This document shows positions 35,368 through 41,976 of a DNA stretch of 42,510 bases, piece by piece; within the stretch, counting starts at the first letter, position 1; every line of letters starts with the position of its first letter. The notes beneath the pieces were generated by a model that saw only the letters and a program-made list of their open reading frames with translations, had not been told where the DNA came from and searched no databases. The DNA comes from Alphaproteobacteria bacterium (GTDB taxonomy: Bacteria > Pseudomonadota > Alphaproteobacteria > Micavibrionales > CSBR16-224): the NCBI GenBank assembly GCA_006226225.1, contig SBHI01000055.1, positions 1 to 42,510 on the forward strand, read 5' to 3'. Made by a program: the position numbers and the translations under genes.

Positions 35368-36210
35368 ATGACAGAAATTGATAAAAAATCGCCGCCGGAT
35401 TTTCCGCAGCTGCATGATATCGGTTTATTCTATGAAAGACTGCATGCGGCTGTCGCGCGTATGAATGCAATTCGTCCTTATGCGCTGGAGGTGCTGGGGC
35501 AGGTCGAGGGATATGATATTTTTCTGCTCTTTCCTGAAGAGCAAGACCCGAAGAAATTGTCGCTGCTATCAGCAGGCGGTTTTCACGGTGAAGAACCTGC
35601 AGGGGTCTGGGGTATCGTTGAATATCTTGAAACGGCGACAGCGGATGAGCTGAACGGCGTTAATCATTCTTTCTTGCCGCTGGTCAATCCAACGGGATTT
35701 GCTGCGGGAACGCGTCTGAATGTTTTCGGTGAAAATCCGAACCGCAGTTTTGTACCGGAGCTGATTGCTGATAACAGTGAAGATATCTATAAAAACAGGA
35801 CAGAACCGTCTGTCGAAGGAAAGATATTGATGGCGCATATTGACCGCCTTGCGACTTTGGCGCGGGATGGTTTTGTGACTCAGCATGAAGATGACGGGCT
35901 GAACGAGGGCTTTATTTTTCTGAGTGAAGACGCGCCCCAGCCCAGCCCCTTTGCTGATATTTTTCTGGCGTGTTTACGGGAGCGTGTCGGCATTATTAAA
36001 GACGGCGGTGCCGATACACTGATCGACCCGAAGCTGCAAAACGGCATCTGGCATAATGATTTCGATGCGACATTCGAAGGGTTGCTCACCCGTAAAGGCA
36101 TTCCGCGTGTTGTCACAACGGAAACGCCCTGTCTGAAACCGGCACGGGCGCGGATTGATTGTAATCGTGATATGATACGTGCTTTTGCGGCTTTCCGGCC
36201 TGCGGAATAG
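35368..36210 (+). CDS. M14-like zinc carboxypeptidase/amidase family protein (MpaA-like), cytosolic
   Basis: The ATG at 35368 follows GGAGGG. It has the HxxE zinc motif in GGFHGEEPAG, then NPTGF and ENPNRSF, as in M14-type enzymes. It has no signal peptide. Confidence 0.55.
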   Translation: MTEIDKKSPPDFPQLHDIGLFYERLHAAVARMNAIRPYALEVLGQVEGYDIFLLFPEEQDPKKLSLLSAGGFHGEEPAGVWGIVEYLETATADELNGVNHSFLPLVNPTGFAAGTRLNVFGENPNRSFVPELIADNSEDIYKNRTEPSVEGKILMAHIDRLATLARDGFVTQHEDDGLNEGFIFLSEDAPQPSPFADIFLACLRERVGIIKDGGADTLIDPKLQNGIWHNDFDATFEGLLTRKGIPRVVTTETPCLKPARARIDCNRDMIRAFAAFRPAE

Positions 36211-36216
36211 GTATTA

Positions 36217-37332
36217 TTACCCGCGCAGATTTTGCGGTTTTCCGGATACGGTGTTTTGCGCGATTTTCTGCTCGGCTGGTGCGCCTGCGGCAGATTTTGC
36301 AGCCTGAGTGATGGCATCCGCGGTATCGGGATACCCGCCTTCTCTGGCGGCTTTTGCCGCGGCTTCGACCGTATCGGCATCATAGGGCAGCTTCTGCATG
36401 GTCAGCAGCGCGATATCATTCAGTCCGTTTTCCCCGGCCGTGACCATAATATTAAAGGCAAAGGCACTTTCATGATCCGCGAAAGAGCGTGAAGCTGTCA
36501 GTAGGGCGGTGGCAAAATCGGGATGGTCGTTCTGCAAACCAGCCTCGACCGCATATTGCACGGCATCACCGTCATAAGGCAGCTTCTCGGTGGTCAGAAC
36601 GGCAATACGGTTCAGCCCGTTTACGCCTGCCATCGCCAGAATATTAAAGGCAAAAGCACTTTCATCATTCGAAAAGGATCGTGATGCTGTCAGCAAAGCA
36701 TCGGCGAAATCCGGCTGCTCATTCTGCAGGGCAACTTCGACAGCGTTTTGCACGGATTCCGCATCATAGGGCAGTTTTTCTGTGGTCAGGACGGCGATGC
36801 GTTCCAGCCCGTTTTCAGCGGCAGTATTAAGAATGTTGAAAGAAAAAGCATATTCATCATCGGGGAACGCCCTGGAAGCTGCCAGAACATTTTCGGCAAA
36901 ATCCGGATACCCGTTTTGCAGCGCGGTTTCGACGGCATTTTGCACGGTTTCGGCATTATAGGGCAGTTTTTCCATGGTCAGCAGGGCGATGTCACTAAGC
37001 CCGTCTTCCGCAGCGGTTTTGAGAATGTTGAAGGCAAAGGCATCTGCGTCCTCGGCAAAAGAAGGGGCGTCTGCCAGTAAAGCGGCGGCTTGATCGGGAT
37101 CGCGGTTTTGCAGTGCGGTTTCGACTTTTTTCTGCAAGGCGAAGCCTTCACTCCAGCTACGCACCTGTTCCTGTATATCAAGAACGGTTCTCTCATCACG
37201 GTCTGCGGACGCGCCGGAAAACTCACTGTCACTGTCGCTTCTCTGCGTCAATCCGAAACCGCCAGCCAGCAAAACAGCTGCGAATGTTGCGATGAGATAT
37301 CCCCGTCTATGCTTCGGTGCTGTACCTGCCAT
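36217..37332 (-). CDS. Signal-anchored repeat protein with four exact 64-aa tandem repeats plus a partial fifth (ankyrin-like half-repeats)
   Basis: It has an N-terminal basic + hydrophobic segment (KHRRGYLIATFAAVLLAGGFG). The repeats begin at aa 66, 130, 194 and 258, with a partial one at 322. The consensus is VQNAVExALQNxxPDFAxxLLxASRxFxxDExAFxFNILxTAxENGLxRIAxLTxEKLPYDxx. Confidence 0.6.
   Translation of the reverse strand: MAGTAPKHRRGYLIATFAAVLLAGGFGLTQRSDSDSEFSGASADRDERTVLDIQEQVRSWSEGFALQKKVETALQNRDPDQAAALLADAPSFAEDADAFAFNILKTAAEDGLSDIALLTMEKLPYNAETVQNAVETALQNGYPDFAENVLAASRAFPDDEYAFSFNILNTAAENGLERIAVLTTEKLPYDAESVQNAVEVALQNEQPDFADALLTASRSFSNDESAFAFNILAMAGVNGLNRIAVLTTEKLPYDGDAVQYAVEAGLQNDHPDFATALLTASRSFADHESAFAFNIMVTAGENGLNDIALLTMQKLPYDADTVEAAAKAAREGGYPDTADAITQAAKSAAGAPAEQKIAQNTVSGKPQNLRG
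36370..37137 (-). repeat. In-frame 192-bp tandem repeat x4 inside the CDS, with a partial fifth copy extending to about 36298
   Basis: The exact 64-codon periodicity is visible in the translation, and recurring DNA blocks are visible too (..CATAGGGCAGYTTYTC..GGTCAG..AATATTAAAGGCAAARGCACTTTCAT..). Confidence 0.8.
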
Positions 37333-37459
37333 AATGCCGTCCTTCGCTCTGCTATAGTGTATTTTTGTGGTTTAATACATATTATATGAAAAAGGTAAAA
37401 AGAGTGTTTACGGCGGCGCAATTATCTTTCACGATGAATGCAGTGTCGAGAAACAGGGG

Positions 37460-38584
37460 ATGCGCGTGAATAAAAATTTTTGGAAAAACAGGCTGTACAA
37501 CGACAATACCCGTAAAAGAGCCCTCTATATCTATCTGCCAATTCTGTTGGTGTTGCTGGCGAATGTGGCGGTGGAGATGTTCGTGACGCCGAAGAGTAAT
37601 TTTCTGAATCCTTCTCAGTCTTTTAAGGATAATATTCCGGTTGTTTACAGTCCGCATTACAACATCTCCTTTCGCGGGCTGGAAAATCTACATCCGTTTG
37701 ACAGCAAAAAATACGGGCGAATTTATACGGAACTGAAACAGCAAAAACCGGATGCTGTGCCGCGTTTTATCACGGCGGCAAAGCCCGATGCGGCGCTGCT
37801 TGGTCTGGCACATACGGCGGAATATCTCGAAACGCTGCAATATGCCCGCACCATTGCCCGCATTACCGAATTGGGTTTCTTGCGTGTCCTGCCGGATAAG
37901 CTGGCAAATAATCTGGTGCTGGAACCGATGAAGTATCAGGCAGGCGGCAGCTTACAGGCGGCTTTGGCTGCGCTGGAACATGGCTGGGCGGTTAATCTGG
38001 GTGGAGGCTTTCATCATGCGTCCTCTGGTAACGGCGAAGGGTTCTGCCCGCTGGCGGATATCGGCATGATCATCAAATATTTGCGCCGCGAGGGAAAGAT
38101 CAAAAAGGCGATGATTATTGATCTGGATGCGCATCAGGGCAACGGTCATGAAACGGATTTTACGGGGGATGAGGATGTTTATATCCTTGATATCTATAAC
38201 AGTGAAATTTATCCGCATGATACAAAAGCCAAGCGCGGTATTGATCAGGCGGTCGAATTGCGTGCCTTTTCCGGTGATAAACTGTATTTCGGTTTGCTTG
38301 ATCAGGCGTTGCCACAGGCATTCACGGCATTTCAGCCTGATATTGTCATTTACATTGCCGGTACTGATATTCTGGATGGTGATCCGTTGGGTGCGCTCGC
38401 CATTTCCGCAGACGGAATTCTTAAACGCGATGAAATGGTTTTCCGGCAGGCTTTTGATCATGATGTGCCTGTCGTGATGCTACTGGGCGGCGGATATCAG
38501 AAAAGTAATGCGCATATTATCGCGCAAAGTATTTTGAATCTGGACAGAAAATTCGGGCTGTTTTCCAGCGCAGGAAAACATTGA
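37460..38584 (+). CDS. Class IV (HDAC11-type) zinc deacetylase/deacylase with an N-terminal transmembrane anchor
   Basis: Long colinear similarity to human HDAC11 as I remember it. Matching segments are VYSPHYNISFRGLENLHPFDSKKYG, GGGFHHASS, IIDLDAHQGNGHE, AGTDILDGDPLG and GGGYQK. It is preceded by KRALYIYLPILLVLLANVAVEMFV. Confidence 0.88.
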   Translation: MRVNKNFWKNRLYNDNTRKRALYIYLPILLVLLANVAVEMFVTPKSNFLNPSQSFKDNIPVVYSPHYNISFRGLENLHPFDSKKYGRIYTELKQQKPDAVPRFITAAKPDAALLGLAHTAEYLETLQYARTIARITELGFLRVLPDKLANNLVLEPMKYQAGGSLQAALAALEHGWAVNLGGGFHHASSGNGEGFCPLADIGMIIKYLRREGKIKKAMIIDLDAHQGNGHETDFTGDEDVYILDIYNSEIYPHDTKAKRGIDQAVELRAFSGDKLYFGLLDQALPQAFTAFQPDIVIYIAGTDILDGDPLGALAISADGILKRDEMVFRQAFDHDVPVVMLLGGGYQKSNAHIIAQSILNLDRKFGLFSSAGKH

Positions 38585-38664
38585 CATTACGGAAAATAAT
38601 TGTTAAGGTAACGCATCGAAAAATAACGGAAAACCATTTTTAAAAGACAGGCGGAGATACGGCA

Positions 38665-39081
38665 TTGCCCTCACAGACAAAGCTGGATAACTATATGATT
38701 ATGGCTGCGGTTCAAGGCAAAGATGATGATTTGCAGGAGCAGATCCGCATGGGCGCGAACCCGCGCGCCTATAAGGATGCCGCGCTTTACGCCGCCGCAG
38801 GGAAGGGACACACCTCTACGGTCTTGCTGCTTTTGGAAATGGGGCTGGATATCCATGCGGATGAAGATCAGGCAATTCGAAGCGCTGCAAAAAATGATTT
38901 TGAAGAAACCGTCGGTGTACTGATTTTACACGGGGCGGATTTTTCAGTATTGCCGGAAGACCAGCAGGAAAAGTACCGCCATCTGGTGCCGAAAACGCGG
39001 GAGGAGCTGCGCGCCGAACAGCAATCCGCAGTACGCGTACGACAAAATTCGCTCAGGAATTTTATCCGGAACCGGCGCTGA
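38665..39081 (+). CDS. Small ankyrin-repeat protein (about 3 repeats) with a basic C-terminal tail
   Basis: AALYAAAGKGHTSTVLLLLEMGLDIHADED and AIRSAAKNDFEETVGVLILHGADF fit the ANK consensus. The start is uncertain: TTG at 38665 with GGCGGAGA upstream, or ATG at 38695 or 38701. Confidence 0.78.
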   Translation: MPSQTKLDNYMIMAAVQGKDDDLQEQIRMGANPRAYKDAALYAAAGKGHTSTVLLLLEMGLDIHADEDQAIRSAAKNDFEETVGVLILHGADFSVLPEDQQEKYRHLVPKTREELRAEQQSAVRVRQNSLRNFIRNRR

Positions 39082-40477
39082 AGCGGCTGCCGGTTTTTTG
39101 CACTTGGCGCGGTGCGGTGGGCGCAGTTTTTGCCAGAACCGCTTCACTAGCCTGTCCCAGATTTTTCAGACCGTTTTGTTCAAAACCGGCTCTCTCCCAC
39201 AGCATTTCAATCGCGCCGACACTGATATCGCGCTTTGTGACCGGACTGACAAAAGACAGTTTTGTATTTGCAAAGGGAACGGTGTTGCCCGTTTTATCAA
39301 GTCCGAGCGGTGCATCAAAATGTTTTGCAACAGCGGTGTCAAAATCCATGCCGCCGCCGCGCGCCACACTGTAATTCATCACCGATATGTGGGAATGGGC
39401 ATAGCGCTGCATGCGGGACAGGCTGTTTGTGTCATATTCAGCACCGCTTTCTGTGAGGGAGGTAATTTCTCCGCGGCACAACGCTTCTTTTACCATTGTT
39501 TCGGCATGTGCGATATGAGGCTTGTCACCGTAAAGACTGTGTTGCTGTAGGTTGGACAGAATGGTTGTGCCGACCCGGCTTTGGCATAGATGTTGAAAGC
39601 AGATGCGGTCTTGTAATTGCGCAGATGTTCCCAGTTTTTCCGTTAGGGCCTCAATATCCGTTTTCCCTTCGGCAAAGTCCGGATAATGGCTGCTTTTCAT
39701 CAGCAATTGTAAAGCGGTTTTGTACTGTGCCGTATGTGCCTGTAATTCGTTCAGATGAAATATTTCTCTGTATGCGTTCACGTCTCCCATACTGTCTGCC
39801 ATGATGCCTTTCCTGTCCTGATCGTAATGGCAGGTTTCATGGACAATGTTCAGACAAAGCTTACCGATAATGTCTGCCTCATCCATTTCGGGGTCGTAAA
39901 ACAAGGTTAGCTCTTTACTGTCGGGTGAGAAGCTGCCGCTGAGGGCACTGTTTTGTGCGGGGCGCAGATTGACTGTCATATCATTGTCACGCAAAAGCTC
40001 TGCCACCGTATTGCATTGCGGCAAATCCGCTTCTTCGAGAAATTTGATACAGGCGCGCAAAAGTTTTGCGTTCTGTCCTGTGGCGCCGTGATTAAGATCA
40101 CTGAGTTTAAAGCGCGTACAGTCGTCCTGCCAATCTGTGTAAATTCTACTGTTGATGTCCCTTCGCTCGGCTGCGAGAACATCATTGCCCAATCCTTTCT
40201 TTTCCGCCATATCGACCATAGCGGCATAAACCATTTCCGCTTCGGTCTCGACTGCGGCTTTCTCATTTGTGATCAAATGAATGCTGTTTCCTTCGGCATA
40301 ACATTGTTTGCCGTTGCGTTTAATCTGGCTGTGCAGACGCGGGTGACCAAGCTGCTCCATGAGAGAGGCGGCCTCGGGATGCATATCCTGCATCGTTTTT
40401 TCAATTTGCCGCTGCAACGGCGAGATCGCGAGTTTGCGAAACGTCTCTTTCAGCGTTTTTAAGACATTTTTTCCCAT
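39062..40477 (-). CDS. Hypothetical 471-aa protein with an HExxH motif (putative gluzincin-type metallopeptidase)
   Basis: It has LNIVHETCHYDQ, with a candidate third ligand Glu in NELQAH about 30 residues downstream. It has no signal peptide or TM segment. Its 3' end overlaps the ankyrin gene by 20 nt. Confidence 0.4.
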   Translation of the reverse strand: MGKNVLKTLKETFRKLAISPLQRQIEKTMQDMHPEAASLMEQLGHPRLHSQIKRNGKQCYAEGNSIHLITNEKAAVETEAEMVYAAMVDMAEKKGLGNDVLAAERRDINSRIYTDWQDDCTRFKLSDLNHGATGQNAKLLRACIKFLEEADLPQCNTVAELLRDNDMTVNLRPAQNSALSGSFSPDSKELTLFYDPEMDEADIIGKLCLNIVHETCHYDQDRKGIMADSMGDVNAYREIFHLNELQAHTAQYKTALQLLMKSSHYPDFAEGKTDIEALTEKLGTSAQLQDRICFQHLCQSRVGTTILSNLQQHSLYGDKPHIAHAETMVKEALCRGEITSLTESGAEYDTNSLSRMQRYAHSHISVMNYSVARGGGMDFDTAVAKHFDAPLGLDKTGNTVPFANTKLSFVSPVTKRDISVGAIEMLWERAGFEQNGLKNLGQASEAVLAKTAPTAPRQVQKTGSRFSAGSG

Positions 40478-40489
40478 GCAAATATTATA

Positions 40490-40503
40490 TAATAAGCTTA
40501 TTA
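40490..40503. promoter_or_regulatory. Perfect 14-bp palindrome TAATAAGCTTATTA in the divergent promoter region
   Basis: Read directly. On the minus strand it is followed by TATAAT, then 6 nt, then the ATG of the HExxH gene. Confidence 0.3.
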
Positions 40504-40574
40504 AATAATGGTTTCCGCGGTTTATATATTTTCTCTCTTGTAGTTTTGATTATTCGGGCGCAATACTAAAATCC

Positions 40575-41249
40575 ATGACAAATGATGTAACGATACCTAC
40601 GGTTCTGCATAACGCCGCCGCCATATTCCATGCACGGATTGTGGAGGATTTGTTTGAAAAAGGCTGGTCAGTACAGCCTGATTACCTCGGCATCGGACTG
40701 GCGGCGGTGCTCAAAATGCGGATGACGGAGCTGGAGGAAGCGGCGGCGCTGACACCGGCGGGAATCGGGCGGGAGAATGATAACCGCATTGCCAAGGATA
40801 TCCGCCGTGACAGCACTTTCTGGCTTGATCCTGCAAATAGTACGGATCGCGAATATACGGAACTGATGGAGGATTTGCGCCTGACGCTAAACCGTCATCT
40901 GTTTCTGGGTTTATTTGAGTATGAAGCGCATTACGCCCTCTATCCGGCAGGCGGTTTTTACAAGAAACATATTGATGCATTGAAAGGCGGCAAGAACCGT
41001 ATTGTCTCGACGGTTTGCTATTTGAATGAAGACTGGCAGGAAAAAGACGGCGGCATGCTGACATTATTTGACCGCAATGACCATAGCCGTGTTGTGAATA
41101 TCGTTCTGCCGGAAGAAGGGAGCATCGCCGTTTTCCTTAGCGAGGATATTCCGCATGAAGTGACACCAGCGAATCGCGTGCGCCGCAGTATCGCGGGTTG
41201 GTTTCGTTGTAATACTTCCTCGGCAGAACGGGCGAACCCTCTTATTTAG
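40575..41249 (+). CDS. 2OG-Fe(II) oxygenase of the prolyl-4-hydroxylase / PHD (SM-20-related) type
   Basis: It has the HxD facial-triad motif (KKHIDAL), the distal His (IPHEVTP) and the 2OG-binding Arg (RRSIAGWF). At 224 aa its size is typical of bacterial PHD-like proteins. Confidence 0.78.
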   Translation: MTNDVTIPTVLHNAAAIFHARIVEDLFEKGWSVQPDYLGIGLAAVLKMRMTELEEAAALTPAGIGRENDNRIAKDIRRDSTFWLDPANSTDREYTELMEDLRLTLNRHLFLGLFEYEAHYALYPAGGFYKKHIDALKGGKNRIVSTVCYLNEDWQEKDGGMLTLFDRNDHSRVVNIVLPEEGSIAVFLSEDIPHEVTPANRVRRSIAGWFRCNTSSAERANPLI

Positions 41250-41976
41250 GTGGTGTGTTTTCAGGAGCATCGGTTTTACTGCCGCAATGCGCTTCTTCCT
41301 GTGCAAGATTTTCCGGCGTATCTATTTTATTCTGCCGTTGCGCCACCTGCAGGCGCAATTGCCGCACAAGCGGTCTGGCAGCAGCGGCAAGCTGCCTTTT
41401 CATCTCTTTGCGTTTGGCGGTTCTTTGTTCGGCTGTTACCGGCCCGATACCCTGATAGCCGATATTGCGGATATGCTGTAAAAGCTCGATCTTGATGGAG
41501 GGGATCATTTCACGGATGGTGTCGATATCAATGATAATATGGCGGTTTTCATGGGCACGGACGACATCGGCGTAACATTTGTCATCCGTGATTTCCTTGG
41601 CGATAAAAACACTGGCCTGATAAGTGATGATAAACGTCGCATGTTCGAAGTAAAGGCAGGATTTGCCGTCCTGATCCGTCCATGTGTTGAAACCCATACG
41701 CAGACGATGTCCCAGCTGGCGCATGGTCACACCGTCCAAAAAATCTGTTCCGGACGAGGCTCCTTTATGACTGGCAAAGGAGGTGCCGGAAGGTGTCGTC
41801 ATGCCCTGCGCCAGCTGCGTGCCGGAAAAATCGGTATTATAAAGCGTCTTCTCGGCGGCAAAATGCACATAAACCTGCGGCGGAGGTTTGACCGGGCAGA
41901 CAACCAGTCCGGCGGAAAGGATGCTGGCGGCAGCACCGTGTTTTAGAAGGAAGGCGGTTGCGGAAAGAAAGCCCAT
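41242..41976 (-). CDS. Secreted HExxH-motif protein, paralogue A (244 aa)
   Basis: It has an N-terminal hydrophobic signal-like segment and the motif VVRAHENRH. It is clearly paralogous to the next gene, with shared blocks CLYF.HATF.ITY, VFIA+E, KCY.DVVRAHE..H, GYQG.GP and IDTPEN. Confidence 0.45.
   Translation of the reverse strand: MGFLSATAFLLKHGAAASILSAGLVVCPVKPPPQVYVHFAAEKTLYNTDFSGTQLAQGMTTPSGTSFASHKGASSGTDFLDGVTMRQLGHRLRMGFNTWTDQDGKSCLYFEHATFIITYQASVFIAKEITDDKCYADVVRAHENRHIIIDIDTIREMIPSIKIELLQHIRNIGYQGIGPVTAEQRTAKRKEMKRQLAAAARPLVRQLRLQVAQRQNKIDTPENLAQEEAHCGSKTDAPENTPPK

Noticed and set aside
36370-37137. 192-bp tandem repeats considered as a CRISPR array or non-coding satellite
   Set aside because: The repeats are long, adjacent without spacers, and maintain one open reading frame with conserved amino-acid periodicity. 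They are a coding repeat, not a CRISPR array.
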